A DNA stretch of 64,000 bases from an uncultured delta proteobacterium (GCA_963727445.1 CAVSGI010000013.1:145316-209315), one strand, 5' to 3'. Shown: positions 1 through 10,213, counted from the first letter of the stretch. The notes: generated by a model not told the origin, from the sequence alone. Numbers and translations are program-made.

Positions 1-1820
1 TGACGGCGGACTGGAACGGGCCGCGCATCGAGGACCACGCGCTCATCGGTGACCTCAGGACCGCCGCGCTGATCGCTCACGACGGCCGAATCAACTTCAT
101 GTGCTCGCCGACGTTCGACTCGCCGCCGATCTTCGCGCGGCTGCTCGATCCCGAGGCGGGCGGCTTCTTTCAGATCGCCCCCGACTCCACGGAGTTCGCG
201 CACCAGCAGCTGTATCTGCCGGGCACCAACGTCCTGCTGACGCGCTTCATGGCCGAGGATGGTCTGGTCGAGGTCACCGACTTCATGCCCGTGCGGGCCA
301 CGGGCCCCCGGCACAACCTGATCCGCATGGTCCGCTGTCTTCGGGGTGAGGCACGGATGAGGCTCGTCTGCGATCCGCGCTTCGACTTCGGTCGCGTGAG
401 CCACCGTACGACCGTGAGCAAAGGCGACGTGTTCTTCGAACCCGAAGGCGATCTCACGCCGCTCCGTCTCCACACCCCCGCCGAATGCGAGGCGAGGCAG
501 GACGGCGGCGTGCAGGGGATTTTCAGTCTGCGCGCCGGCGAAGAGCGCGCCTTCGTGCTCGAAGATGCATCGGCAGAGCTGGGTTCCCGGGACTACGACT
601 TCTGCCAGCGCGCGCGCGAAGACACGGTGCGGTTCTGGCAGCGTTGGATCGGGGGCTGCCGGTACGAGGGACGGTGGCGCGCCATGGTCTACCGCTCGGC
701 GCTCACGCTCAAGCTCATGACGTCCCAGGACCACGGATCGATCATCGCGGCGCCTACGCTCGGTCTTCCGGAGGTCGTGGGGGGCGAGCGAAACTGGGAC
801 TATCGGTACAGCTGGATCCGCGACGCGTCGCTGTGCCTGAAGGCGTTCCTGTCGCTCGGACACACCGAGGAGGTGGAGGCGTTCGTCGGCTGGCTCGAAG
901 ACCGGATCGCCGATTCGCCCCGGGACGGTCTGAAGCCGCTGTACCGACTCGATGGAACGAAGGTCAGCACCGAGAGCGAGGTCGACGTCCGCGGATATCA
1001 GGACTCGCGGCCGGTGCGCGTGGGCAATGGAGCCGGCGATCAGCTCCAGCTCGACATGTACGGACCGCTCTTCGACGCGCTCCACTCGTACTGCCAGAGT
1101 GGAGGGACGCTCTCTCATCGCCTGTGGGAGCAGCTGGTCGGGCTGGCCAACTGGCTCTCCTCGAACTGGGAGACGCCCGACGACGGGATCTGGGAGTTTC
1201 GTGGACCGCGGCAGCATTTCCTTCTGTCGAGGGTGATGTGCTGGACGGCGCTCGACCGGGCGCTCCGCATCGCCGACGCGCGCTCGTTGCCCGGCCCGCG
1301 GGAGCGCTGGCGAGAGGAGCGCGACCGGATCTACGCCGACGTTCATGCGCGGTTCTGGAACGAGGAACGTGGCGCTTTCGTTCAGCGTCTCGGCGCCGCC
1401 GATCTCGACGCCTCGGCGCTCATGATGCCGCTGATGGGCTTCTGTGGTGGGGCCGATCCCCGCTGGCTGTCCACCCTCGACGCCATCGGCGAAGACCTGT
1501 CCTCCGACGTGCTGGTCTGGAGATATCGACCGGGCGTCGATACCGACGAGGACCGGGTCGATCCGATGACGTCGAAGGAGGGGAGCTTCACCATGTGCAG
1601 CTTCTGGCTCGTCGAGGGCCTCGCCCGCGCCGGCCGTCTCGAAGAGGCGCGTTTGAAGTTCGAGAAGCTCCTGGGACATGCCAACTCGCTGGGGCTCTAC
1701 TCGGAGGAGCTGGGCCACCGTGGTCAACAGCTCGGAAACTTCCCCCAGGCGCTGACGCACATCGGCCTGATCGACGCGGCCCTCGCCCTCGATCGCCGGT
1801 TGAGCGAGCCGGACTACTGA
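1..1820 (+). CDS. Glycoside hydrolase family 15 (glucoamylase/glucodextranase-like), 5' partial
   Basis: The reading frame is open from position 3 (TADWNGPRIEDHALIGDLRTAALIAHDGRINFMCSPTFDS...), the typical GH15 N-terminal motif, so the gene starts upstream of the window. TGA at 1818-1820. Confidence 0.8.
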   Translation, partial: TADWNGPRIEDHALIGDLRTAALIAHDGRINFMCSPTFDSPPIFARLLDPEAGGFFQIAPDSTEFAHQQLYLPGTNVLLTRFMAEDGLVEVTDFMPVRATGPRHNLIRMVRCLRGEARMRLVCDPRFDFGRVSHRTTVSKGDVFFEPEGDLTPLRLHTPAECEARQDGGVQGIFSLRAGEERAFVLEDASAELGSRDYDFCQRAREDTVRFWQRWIGGCRYEGRWRAMVYRSALTLKLMTSQDHGSIIAAPTLGLPEVVGGERNWDYRYSWIRDASLCLKAFLSLGHTEEVEAFVGWLEDRIADSPRDGLKPLYRLDGTKVSTESEVDVRGYQDSRPVRVGNGAGDQLQLDMYGPLFDALHSYCQSGGTLSHRLWEQLVGLANWLSSNWETPDDGIWEFRGPRQHFLLSRVMCWTALDRALRIADARSLPGPRERWREERDRIYADVHARFWNEERGAFVQRLGAADLDASALMMPLMGFCGGADPRWLSTLDAIGEDLSSDVLVWRYRPGVDTDEDRVDPMTSKEGSFTMCSFWLVEGLARAGRLEEARLKFEKLLGHANSLGLYSEELGHRGQQLGNFPQALTHIGLIDAALALDRRLSEPDY

Positions 1821-4800
1821 AGCCCGCTCGGCGAGTCCGAGAGCAGCGCCTGGACCACCTCGATGGCGAGGAAGGAGCGGCGCAGCTCGTCGTCCACGAT
1901 GGCGTCGGCGGCCGCACGCATGCGGCTCCGCGCTTCGCCGGCGACGCGCGCAGCATGGGCTTCGTCGCCGGCTGCGAGGAGCGCCTGCACGCGGGCGTGG
2001 AACACCTCCGCTTCGCCCTCCTCGACCGAGCCCAGCGCCTCGTAAAAGGCGTACGCACGAGCGGAAATGTCGAGCGCCTCGGCGACGTGCCCGAGCGCTC
2101 GGTGCGCCTCGGCCGCGGTCGTGAGCGCGTTCATCTCGAGGTCGCGGAGGCTTCGGGCGTGCGCTTCGGCCGCGACGCGCTCCGCTTCACGAAGCGCGAC
2201 CTCGCGCTGCCCGCTCGCCAGCAGCGCTGCCGCGCGGTAGCCGCCCGCCATCAGCAACAGGCGCGTCTCGGAGGTCGCCTCGGCGATGGCGATCGCCTCG
2301 TCGAGATGGCGCAGCGCATCTTCGGCATCGCCCACGCCGAGGCGCGCGTAGGCGAGGTTGGCGAGGGAGTAGCCCTCCATGGTGCGATGACCCACGCGGC
2401 GACAATCGGCGATCGCACCCGACAGCGCCTCGGCGGCTGCGTCGAAGGCGCCGAGCCGGTTGTACACGTCGGCAAGATTCGCGCGCGCGCCCGCGGCCCG
2501 ACGCACGTCACCCAGCGCTTCGTACGCCTCGGCGAGCTCGACGTACGCCGAGACGCGCTCGGTGAGCGCGCCGGCAATCGCGAGATGATGCGCGCGCCAG
2601 GAGAGCACCGTCGTCCGCAGGCGCCTGTCCACGCCCGCCGCCCGCCGCACCGCGTCCGCGAGCGCCTCCTCGGCCTCGGCGCGACGACCGGCGCGCATCG
2701 CGACCAGGAACTGCCGACCCGACGCCAGCACCTGCGCCTCCTCGTCGCCGCTCGCGCGCGCGAGCGTCACCGCCTCCGCCGCCACGGGGAGCGCGTCTTC
2801 GATGCGACCTCGGCGCCAGAGCCACACCGCCTTCTCCGACAGCGCGCGCGCGCGCTGACGGTCGTCGGTCGCCGCGGCGAGCGCCTCTTCGAGCGCCTGC
2901 CCCTGCTCCTCGTGTCGGCCGAGGAAGCGCAGCGCGTCGACCCGAAGGGCGTGAAGGTCGAAGGCCGCCGGCGCCGATGCCCCGAGCGCCAGCGCACGCT
3001 CGGCCGAACGGAGCGCGGTCTGGGTGTCGCCCCGCCGGATCGCCACGTGCGCAGCGTCGACGTAGGCCGTCGCGGCGCGCGCGGGCTCTGCGCCGCGCTC
3101 GTGATGAAGCGCGCGCTCCTCGGCGTCGGCGTCCGGTTGCGCCGCCAGATGGGCCGCCGCGCGCCGGTGGCGCTCGGGGCGCGCGTCGTCGCCCAGCGAG
3201 CGGTAGGCGACCTCGCGCACCAGGGGGGAGAGCCGGTGACGCAGGGACGCCCGCCGCCCGCGCGCCGTGCAGAGGTCGCGCTGGACGAGCGCAGCGAGGT
3301 GCGCCTCGGCATCGACGGCGGCCACGGCCTCCGCCTCGCGCGCGCTGAAATCCCGGTCCCACACCGAGACGTCGCGGCAGAACGCGCGAGTCTTTTCGGG
3401 GAGGTGGTCGAGGCGGGACTGGATCGCCGCTTCGACGGTGGCCGGCAGCGGCAGTGCGTCGACGGTCACGTCGAGCTGATCCTCTTCGTCGAGCGCGCGC
3501 ACGGACTGGATCACGAAGTAGGGGTTGCCGGCGCTCCGCTCGTGAAGACGCTGGGTGAGTGCGTCGCCCAGCTCACGGCCCGCGATCGAAGCGGCGAGGG
3601 CGGCGGTCCCGCGGCGGGTGAGGCCGCGCGGTCGAATGCGCCCTGCCCGCATGCTCCCGAAGGGCGGCGTCTCCCACGGCACGAGCTCCGGCCGCACGGA
3701 CGCGAGGAGCCAGAGCGGCCGCTCCTCGCAGGCATCCACCAGCTCTTCGAGGAGCTCGAGGGACGCATCGTCGGCCCAGTGCAGGTCGTGGATGCACAAG
3801 ACGAGCGGAGCGGCGGCGGCGAGCGCGCCGAGCCACTCGAGGAGCGCGAGGCGCGAACGATCCCGCGCCCACACGATGTCGTTTCCGGCGCCGGAGACGG
3901 TGGTGTCGGCCGCCGTCATCAGATCCGCGAGCGCCTCGGCGTGAGCGTGCGCCTGGGGGCCCGGGCCGAGCGCCCGAGCGAGGGCGCGCCGAAGCGCAGC
4001 GCGCACGTCCTGTCCCTCGCCCGACCCCAGCGTGCGCGCGATCAACCGGCGGGCGAGGGAGAGGTCCGCTTCGCGCTCGGCGGCGTTGGCGTTCACGGAG
4101 ACGAAGCGCGCGTCCGCACGTCCCTCGACGATGCGCCGTGCCTCGCCCGCGAGGCGCGCCTTGCCGATCCCGAGCGGCCCTTCGAGGAGCGTCACCTCCG
4201 CCCGCTCGTCGCCGGCGACCGCGTCCCAGGCCTGCCGCAGCTGTGCCACCTCTGCTTCGCGATCGAAGAGCGGCAGCGCGTCGGCGCTGGTGGTGGGTGC
4301 GCCGCGGCGGAGCTCGAAGAGCCCCGAGCGGATGCGCTCCACGCTGTGGGCGTCGGAGAGATGCCGCGCCGCCTCGGCGTCGAGCCCCACGCCACCGAGG
4401 CGCGCGGCGGCGGCGTGCTCCGCCGCGTCGAGGGCGTCGCCGGAAAAACCGGGCCCGGTGCTCGTCGCCCACCCGGTCGCGACGCCCACCCCCTCCGCGG
4501 CGTCACGCGCAGCGAGCCCTGCCGCCGCGGCGCGCGCGACCTCGTCGCCCTCCCAGGACGCATCGCCGAAGACCGCGAGGGCACGCCGGCCCACCAGCTC
4601 GATGAACGTCCCCCGCTCGCGCTCGGCCGCCTCGCGAACAGCCGCGAGGTCACGGACACCGACCGCCAGCAGAAAGGCGATCACCCGGCGCTCGCCGGGG
4701 AGCATCGAAGAGCTGCGCTTCGACGCCGCGCCCGCGGGCAGGTCGAGCTCCGCCCCTTCGAGCGCCTCGGCGAAGGCCTCCATCGAAGCGAAGCGCGCCG

Positions 4801-5545
4801 CCGGGCTCCGCGAGAGGGCGCGCTCGATCACCTTCGCGAGCCCTGGCGGGACCGGGTCGCCGCGCTTGCCGAGGGGGACGAGCTCCTCCATCAGCGTGGC
4901 GACCAACGTCGCGAGGGGCGTCTGCCGGGCGAAGGGGGGCGCGCCGCTCAGGCCCTCGTAGAGGACGGCGGCGAGGGCCCACTGGTCCGCGCGCGCGTCG
5001 ATGTCGGCGTGGCCCTGCGCCTGTTCGGGCGAGAGGTAGCCGACGGTGCCCGGCACGGCGCCCGTGCGCGTCAGGCGGGTGCGATCGTCGAGCACGCGCG
5101 CGATACCGAAGTCGAGGACCTTGAGCTGGCCGCCGCGCGCGAGGAAGAGGTTGCCGGGCTTGACGTCGCGATGCACCACCGACGCCGCGTGGACCGCCGC
5201 GAGACCACGCGCGGCCTCCGCCCCCCACGCGACGAGGTCCCTCGCCTCCGGCCGGCCCCGCGCGAAGACGTCGGCCAGGGTCTCGCCCTCGAGGAGCTCG
5301 AAGGCGATGTAGGGCGTGCCCTGGTCGTCCTCGCCGGCGTCGACCACGCGCGCGACGTTGTCGTGCGCGATGCGGATCATCGCCTCGCAATCGAAGCGCG
5401 CGCGAAAGGCCTCGCTCTCGAGCGCCGCCCGCAGAACCTTCAAAGCGACCGGCCCCTCGGGGCCGATCGCTCGGTACACCACCCCCATCCCACCTTCGCC
5501 GAGGCGTGCTTCGATGCGATAGGGGCCTATCGTCGCCGGGAGCAA
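1814..5545 (-). CDS. Ser/Thr protein kinase with AAA+ ATPase (P-loop GPLGIGKARL) and C-terminal TPR repeats
   Basis: N-terminal Hanks kinase motifs (LGEGGMGVVY, ALKVL, HRDVKPGNLF, DFGIAR, SPEQ), followed by a P-loop NTPase and long TPR-like Ala/Leu-rich repeats. TTG start at 5545 (no nearby ATG). Convergent with the GH15 gene, overlapping it by 7 nt. Confidence 0.8.
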   Translation of the reverse strand: MLPATIGPYRIEARLGEGGMGVVYRAIGPEGPVALKVLRAALESEAFRARFDCEAMIRIAHDNVARVVDAGEDDQGTPYIAFELLEGETLADVFARGRPEARDLVAWGAEAARGLAAVHAASVVHRDVKPGNLFLARGGQLKVLDFGIARVLDDRTRLTRTGAVPGTVGYLSPEQAQGHADIDARADQWALAAVLYEGLSGAPPFARQTPLATLVATLMEELVPLGKRGDPVPPGLAKVIERALSRSPAARFASMEAFAEALEGAELDLPAGAASKRSSSMLPGERRVIAFLLAVGVRDLAAVREAAERERGTFIELVGRRALAVFGDASWEGDEVARAAAAGLAARDAAEGVGVATGWATSTGPGFSGDALDAAEHAAAARLGGVGLDAEAARHLSDAHSVERIRSGLFELRRGAPTTSADALPLFDREAEVAQLRQAWDAVAGDERAEVTLLEGPLGIGKARLAGEARRIVEGRADARFVSVNANAAEREADLSLARRLIARTLGSGEGQDVRAALRRALARALGPGPQAHAHAEALADLMTAADTTVSGAGNDIVWARDRSRLALLEWLGALAAAAPLVLCIHDLHWADDASLELLEELVDACEERPLWLLASVRPELVPWETPPFGSMRAGRIRPRGLTRRGTAALAASIAGRELGDALTQRLHERSAGNPYFVIQSVRALDEEDQLDVTVDALPLPATVEAAIQSRLDHLPEKTRAFCRDVSVWDRDFSAREAEAVAAVDAEAHLAALVQRDLCTARGRRASLRHRLSPLVREVAYRSLGDDARPERHRRAAAHLAAQPDADAEERALHHERGAEPARAATAYVDAAHVAIRRGDTQTALRSAERALALGASAPAAFDLHALRVDALRFLGRHEEQGQALEEALAAATDDRQRARALSEKAVWLWRRGRIEDALPVAAEAVTLARASGDEEAQVLASGRQFLVAMRAGRRAEAEEALADAVRRAAGVDRRLRTTVLSWRAHHLAIAGALTERVSAYVELAEAYEALGDVRRAAGARANLADVYNRLGAFDAAAEALSGAIADCRRVGHRTMEGYSLANLAYARLGVGDAEDALRHLDEAIAIAEATSETRLLLMAGGYRAAALLASGQREVALREAERVAAEAHARSLRDLEMNALTTAAEAHRALGHVAEALDISARAYAFYEALGSVEEGEAEVFHARVQALLAAGDEAHAARVAGEARSRMRAAADAIVDDELRRSFLAIEVVQALLSDSPSGLQ

Positions 5546-5565
5546 CCCGGCGATTCTACGTCAGC

Positions 5566-6339
5566 TCAGGGAAAACACTCGGCCGGGGGCGCGAGCGGAT
5601 TCAAACCGCAGGAGGGAACGCTGTCGGCGCAGGAGCTGAGGGCGTCGGCTTCGCTGCGGCAGGCGCCGGTGAAAGCCGCGGCTTGGCATGCCCCGTCGTC
5701 GCCGCATGCGTCGTCGAGGCAGCAGAGGAGCTCACCGGCCTCGTCGTCACAGCCGAGGGAGGTGGCGCAGGCGAGCGCCGACTGGCTCATGCACGTGTTG
5801 CATTCGTCGTTGGCGGGATCGGCGGCGAAGGCATCGTAGTCGCTCTGGGTCTCGATGCGCATCACCGCGTAGAGCTGCTCGGTGGTGCACGCGGGCGTGG
5901 TGGGACGTGAGACGGTCGCGGGAGGACAGCTGGCGGCGCCGTCGCTGGGGGTCGTCGTCCCGCCATCGGATGGAGGCGTGGTGCCGCCGTCGGAGGTGCC
6001 GGCGTCGCTCGTCATCGAAGGGTCGTCGCAGGCGGTGGTGTCGCAGACCCACTGCGCGCCGAAGCCCGAGCCGGTGTCCATGCAGGTGCAGGTGCTCAGG
6101 CCCACGCCGACGATGCCGTCGAGGGTCTGGGCGCAGCTCCCCATGCAGCTGACGTCGGGACGAGGGCTGCCGCAGGTGATGTCGGGGACGATGGAGCCGG
6201 GGTCGGGGCAGCTGGGATCGCTGTCGCCGACGCCGCCGTCGCCGAGGCCCAGGGGCGCTCCGGGCAGACGCGACGTGCAGCCCAGGGCGATGAGAAGGAG
6301 GAGAGAAACGAGGAGAAAGCTTCGAATCGATACAGGCAT
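5566..6339 (-). CDS. Cys-rich secreted lipoprotein (hypothetical)
   Basis: ATG at 6339. Signal peptide with lipobox LIALGC. 24 Cys, with Ser/Thr/Gly/Asp-rich linker segments. Confidence 0.55.
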   Translation of the reverse strand: MPVSIRSFLLVSLLLLIALGCTSRLPGAPLGLGDGGVGDSDPSCPDPGSIVPDITCGSPRPDVSCMGSCAQTLDGIVGVGLSTCTCMDTGSGFGAQWVCDTTACDDPSMTSDAGTSDGGTTPPSDGGTTTPSDGAASCPPATVSRPTTPACTTEQLYAVMRIETQSDYDAFAADPANDECNTCMSQSALACATSLGCDDEAGELLCCLDDACGDDGACQAAAFTGACRSEADALSSCADSVPSCGLNPLAPPAECFP

Positions 6340-6393
6340 GCCCCCCGGTACGACGCGGGGGGCGGGCCCTTTAGATCGGTCGCGAGAAAATTC

Positions 6394-6831
6394 TCAGGTG
6401 GCGTCAGCGGTGGCGTCGCCCCCGTCGAGGGTGGCGTCACCCCCGTCGAGCGCCCCGTCGGTCGCCGCGCCGTCCCCGCTGTCGCCGCCATCGAGCGAAG
6501 CGTCACCTGCGTCGCCGCCGTCCCCGGCGTCGACAGAGGCGTCACCGGCGTCCATCGACGCATCCCCCGTGGCGCCGTCGAGGCCGCCGCCATCGGCGCT
6601 GGCGTCCGCGGGCGGCGTGCTGGTGTCCGCCGCCGTCCCGGTATCCGACAGTCCACCATCGGCGCCGCTCCCCGCATCGGCCGTCCCGCTATCCGTGAGC
6701 GTGGGCGGCTCGGGCTGGGGCCCCGCGAGGCAGGCGCCCAGAAAGAGCGCCGCGACGACGGCGAAGAGGCGAAGCGAAGACACGTGGGTAGCGTAGCGCA
6801 CCCACCACGATTTCTTGATCCATCCAATCAC
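6394..6831 (-). CDS. Lipoprotein with Asp/Gly-rich DGGDA-type repeats (hypothetical)
   Basis: Signal peptide LFAVVAALFLGAC (lipobox), then degenerate acidic repeats (DAGDASLDGGDSGDGAATDG...). The tool start is GTG at 6831; the true start is uncertain. Confidence 0.45.
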   Translation of the reverse strand: MIGWIKKSWWVRYATHVSSLRLFAVVAALFLGACLAGPQPEPPTLTDSGTADAGSGADGGLSDTGTAADTSTPPADASADGGGLDGATGDASMDAGDASVDAGDGGDAGDASLDGGDSGDGAATDGALDGGDATLDGGDATADAT

Positions 6832-6944
6832 GGGCTCGACCCACTGCAGGTGCCGATCCAGAAGGAAAACTCAAGAATTTCCATTTCACACATTCAGCCA
6901 CCAGGCACAGCGGGGCTCAGAAAGGCCCGAGATGACACGACGCA

Positions 6945-8804
6945 TCAGATCGGTGGACTGATCAACCGGAGGTCGAGGCCGCCGGGATAGAAGTAGCTGG
7001 TGTAGGAGCCGAAGCCGTAGACGAGGATGCCGAAGGGCGCCGTCCCCTCGATGGTGTGAACGCCGCCACGGATCGGCCGCGCCGTCCGGCTCATCGTCGT
7101 GCCCTCAATCGGCGAAAAGCCCGACACCAGCTCGCCGTCCAAAACGACGGTCGCCCCCGAGGGCGCGATGAGGTTCATCAAGCTGTCGTTGTAGGTCTCC
7201 GGCGCCAGGAAGACGTAGCTCGACCGGAACTGCTCGGTGGGAATGGCGAGGGCCATCGAAGGATCGCCGTTGCCGCGGATCCCGCCCGTGCCGATGCCGT
7301 TGTAGTCCTGTCCGACGAGGTACTGGGCGACGAGGATCGGCCCCGAGCCCGTGACCTTCACCGCCTGGTCGAGCTCCACCTCCATGAAGGCGCCGCGCTG
7401 GAGCGTCGTCGCCGGCGCGATGGCGGGCTCGAAGGTGATCTCGTTTCCCGCCGCCGCCGACACGACCCGAAGCAGGTTGGGCTCGCCGCGCAACGCGCGG
7501 GTCGGCGCGACGAGCACCTCGGTGCCGAGCGCCTCCACCGGGAAGATCGCTTCCTCGAGATGATCGCAGGCCCAGCGATCGTGCGGCACGAAGGTGCAGT
7601 CGTGGCCACCAATCACCGCCACCGGACCGGTGGCGCGGATCTCGGTGCCGGTGAGATCCCACTCGGGCCCGAGGAGGCAGTAGCTCGCGTCGTAGCCCGG
7701 CTCGTCCTCCCAGCCGCCGGGACACTCGGTCCCGGGCACGCTGGAGGCGAGCTCGAGCACGTCACCGCGCGCGAGGGTGAAGCTCTGGGTGTCGCCCGGC
7801 GCCATTCCCATCACGCCGCCCGAGCCGGTCCCGGGAAGGACGTTCGCGCTCGAGGTCACCTCCACCGTCACCGGCGCATCGTCGACGCCGACGATGGCGA
7901 CGAAGCCCGGCAGGGCGCCGTAGTCCATGCCGAGTCGCAACAGATGGGTCGGACGGCTCACGGCGAGGTAGCTGCCGGTGAGCACGTGGGCCGGCAGGAG
8001 CAGGGACGCGTCGTTGGTGAAGCTGAAGCACTCGCCGTCGCCGAGCATCTCCATCGGCTCCATCGCGCAATCTCCGTCGCGCCGGTAGTCGAGCGGGTTG
8101 AACTGGTAGACCGTGACCGGCACCTCGCTGGTGAGGTGGTAGGCGCCGTCCTGAACCAGCACCGACCCGCCGCCCGTCGGGTTTCGGAGCTCCTCCACCC
8201 ACGGGAGCTTCATCGTCTCGAGGCCGCCGGGGGCCACCGTCGCCCGTGCGACCTCGGCGCCCGCGCGCTCGATCACGACCTCGGCGTCGACCAGCGAGGG
8301 GTTGGCGACGACCACCGCGAACTCGAACTCCTGGGCGAGCTGAGAGTTGCGGGTGGTGACCGGGTAATACTCGCAGCCGATGTAGCTCTGCGAGGTCTCG
8401 GCCTCCGCGCAGAGGTCGCGGCATCCGGAGGGGCTGCAGTGCAGGCCGCCGCTCACGTCGCAGGCCTCGCCCCGGTCGAAGTCGCTTCCCTCGGGGTTAC
8501 AGACCTGTGGCGTCTCGCCATCGCAGCTCACGGTGTTCGGCACGCAGCGTCGGCAGCCGAGCCCGCGCGCGCAGACGTTGCCGCTGGCCGCGCAGTCCTC
8601 ACGGCCCTCTTCCGTGCCGTCCGCGCCACAGCTCAGAGCCGTGTCGCCGATGCAGATCAGGCCAGCAGCCATCCCCTCGCAGGGGTTGGTGACGCCGCCG
8701 TCCACCGGCGGCGGTGGCGGATGCTCGTCGCCGCAGCCCACCAAAACCGGGGTCAGAACGAGCCACGCCGCGAAGAAGCGCGAGATACGCGAGGCGGCCC
8801 CCAT
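6945..8804 (-). CDS. Large secreted lipoprotein, IgGFc-binding-like N-terminal domain family (hypothetical)
   Basis: ATG at 8804 gives MGAASRISRFFAAWLVLTPVLVGCG (lipobox). The tool's TTG at 8819 is less likely. The C-terminal GGVHTIEGTAPFGILVYGFGSYTSYFYPGGLDL is reminiscent of IgGFc_binding-type domains (from memory). Confidence 0.55.
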   Translation of the reverse strand: MGAASRISRFFAAWLVLTPVLVGCGDEHPPPPPVDGGVTNPCEGMAAGLICIGDTALSCGADGTEEGREDCAASGNVCARGLGCRRCVPNTVSCDGETPQVCNPEGSDFDRGEACDVSGGLHCSPSGCRDLCAEAETSQSYIGCEYYPVTTRNSQLAQEFEFAVVVANPSLVDAEVVIERAGAEVARATVAPGGLETMKLPWVEELRNPTGGGSVLVQDGAYHLTSEVPVTVYQFNPLDYRRDGDCAMEPMEMLGDGECFSFTNDASLLLPAHVLTGSYLAVSRPTHLLRLGMDYGALPGFVAIVGVDDAPVTVEVTSSANVLPGTGSGGVMGMAPGDTQSFTLARGDVLELASSVPGTECPGGWEDEPGYDASYCLLGPEWDLTGTEIRATGPVAVIGGHDCTFVPHDRWACDHLEEAIFPVEALGTEVLVAPTRALRGEPNLLRVVSAAAGNEITFEPAIAPATTLQRGAFMEVELDQAVKVTGSGPILVAQYLVGQDYNGIGTGGIRGNGDPSMALAIPTEQFRSSYVFLAPETYNDSLMNLIAPSGATVVLDGELVSGFSPIEGTTMSRTARPIRGGVHTIEGTAPFGILVYGFGSYTSYFYPGGLDLRLISPPI

Positions 8805-8827
8805 GCGTCGAGTGTACAACAGCGTGT

Positions 8828-10015
8828 ATGGGGCGGCGCTACGGCGACTATCGCGAAATCTTCCGCGGGCGACGTCTGCCCCTCGCCTACTGCGACCTCG
8901 CGCTCTTCGACGACAACGTGGCGTCCATCGCCCGGCGCGCCGGGGGCGTCCCCATTCGGGTGGCCAGCAAGTCCATCCGCTGCCGCGCGCTCCTCGAGCG
9001 CGTGCTCGCCCACGACGGCTACCAGGGGGTGATGTGTTTCACCGCGGCCGAGGCTGCGTTTCTGGCGCATGAAGGCTTCGACGATCTCCTCGTCGCCTAC
9101 CCCACCGTCGACGCTGTCGAGGTGCGGATGGCGATGGCGGAGATCGCCCGAGGTAAGCGCATCGTGCTGATGGTCGACGACGTCGCCCAGGTGGACAAGC
9201 TCGGCCCCCTCGCCGAGGAAGGTGGCGTCACCCTCTCGCTCTGCCTCGACGTCGACATGTCGATGAGCCTGCCAGGCCTGCACTTCGGCGTGCGTCGGTC
9301 GCCCATCCGCGATCTCGAAGGCGCCGCGCGCGTCGCCCGCGCCATCAAGAAGCACCCGCAGCTCTCGCTCACCGGCGTGATGGGATACGAAGCGCAGATC
9401 GCCGGGCTCCCGGACGCCGTGCCCGGCAAGGGGCCGGCGATGGCCGTGATCCGCGCGCTGAAGAAGCGCTCCATCGCGCAGCTCACGAAGCGGCGCGGCG
9501 AGATCGTTCGCGGCCTGGTGGAGCGGGGCTTCGAGATCACCTTCGTCAACGGCGGGGGCACCGGCTCGCTCGAGAGCACGCGGCGCGATCCGGTGGTCAC
9601 CGAGCTCACGGCGGGGTCGGGCTTCTTCTCGCCCGCGCTCTTCGACGATTACGCCGGCTTCCAGCACGCCCCGGCGGTGGGCTTCGCGCTGGCCGTGACC
9701 CGCCGCCCGGCGCCGCGGATCGTGACCTGCCACGGCGGCGGCTACATCGCCTCGGGCGCCACCGGCGACGACAAGCAGCCGAAGCCCTACCTGCCCGAGG
9801 GCGCGTCGCTCCTGCCCCTCGAAGGCGCGGGGGAGGTGCAGACCCCGGTCTTGCTCCCAGCCGAGATCGACGTGCCGATCGGCGATCCCATCTTCTTCCG
9901 CCACGCGAAGGCGGGCGAGCTCTGCGAGCGCTTCAGCACCCTTGCGCTCATCGAAAACGGCGTGGTGGAGCAGGACGTGCCCACCTATCGGGGCGACGGC
10001 AAGACCTTCCTCTGA
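8828..10015 (+). CDS. Alanine racemase N-terminal-domain protein (D-serine deaminase / D-threonine aldolase-like, PLP-dependent)
   Basis: The ATG at 8828 (MGRRYGDY...) avoids overlap with the divergent lipoprotein gene. Matches fold-type III PLP enzymes of the DSD1 family (RVASKSIRCRALLERV..., VMGYEAQIAG). Confidence 0.7.
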   Translation: MGRRYGDYREIFRGRRLPLAYCDLALFDDNVASIARRAGGVPIRVASKSIRCRALLERVLAHDGYQGVMCFTAAEAAFLAHEGFDDLLVAYPTVDAVEVRMAMAEIARGKRIVLMVDDVAQVDKLGPLAEEGGVTLSLCLDVDMSMSLPGLHFGVRRSPIRDLEGAARVARAIKKHPQLSLTGVMGYEAQIAGLPDAVPGKGPAMAVIRALKKRSIAQLTKRRGEIVRGLVERGFEITFVNGGGTGSLESTRRDPVVTELTAGSGFFSPALFDDYAGFQHAPAVGFALAVTRRPAPRIVTCHGGGYIASGATGDDKQPKPYLPEGASLLPLEGAGEVQTPVLLPAEIDVPIGDPIFFRHAKAGELCERFSTLALIENGVVEQDVPTYRGDGKTFL

Positions 10016-10066
10016 GGGCGGCCGAGGTGCCCCTTTTCCGGGAGGGCCGAGCGTCCCTCCGCTCCG

Positions 10067-10094
10067 TTGACAGCCCCCCCTTCACGGCTATAGT
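10067..10094 (+). promoter_or_regulatory. Sigma70-type promoter for tRNA-Met
   Basis: TTGACA (10067-10072), 16-nt spacer, TATAGT (10089-10094), ending 13 nt upstream of the tRNA 5' end. Confidence 0.55.
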
Positions 10095-10107
10095 GGCGCG
10101 CCCTTTC

Positions 10108-10184
10108 GGCGATGTAGCTCAGGGGTTCAGAGCGGGCGTTTCATACGCGCTAGGTCGGTGGTTCAAATCCACCCATCGCCACCA
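10108..10184 (+). tRNA. tRNA-Met: tRNA-Met, anticodon CAT (elongator-type, G1-C72 paired; could also be tRNA-Ile-lysidine)
   Basis: Hand-folded cloverleaf: 7-bp acceptor stem GGCGATG/CATCGCC, D-arm GCTC/GAGC, anticodon loop TTCATAC, T-arm GGTGG-TTCAAAT-CCACC, encoded ACCA 3' end. Confidence 0.85.
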
Positions 10185-10186
10185 AG

Positions 10187-10213
10187 ATCGCCCACAGGTC
10201 GCCGGCCTGTGGG
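10187..10213 (+). terminator. Perfect 10-bp hairpin immediately downstream of the tRNA (putative terminator)
   Basis: CGCCCACAGG-tcgccgg-CCTGTGGGCG. There is no strong U-tract, as is usual in high-GC genomes. Confidence 0.45.

Noticed and set aside
485-5839. 1784-aa ORF on the + strand
   Set aside because: Extremely Arg/Ala/Gly-rich with no domain signal. It is antisense to the Ser/Thr kinase-AAA-TPR gene, which has clear kinase motifs, so it is a high-GC shadow ORF.
7056-9032. 658-aa ORF on the + strand
   Set aside because: Antisense shadow of the lipoprotein gene at 6945..8804. The composition is dominated by R/A/G/H.
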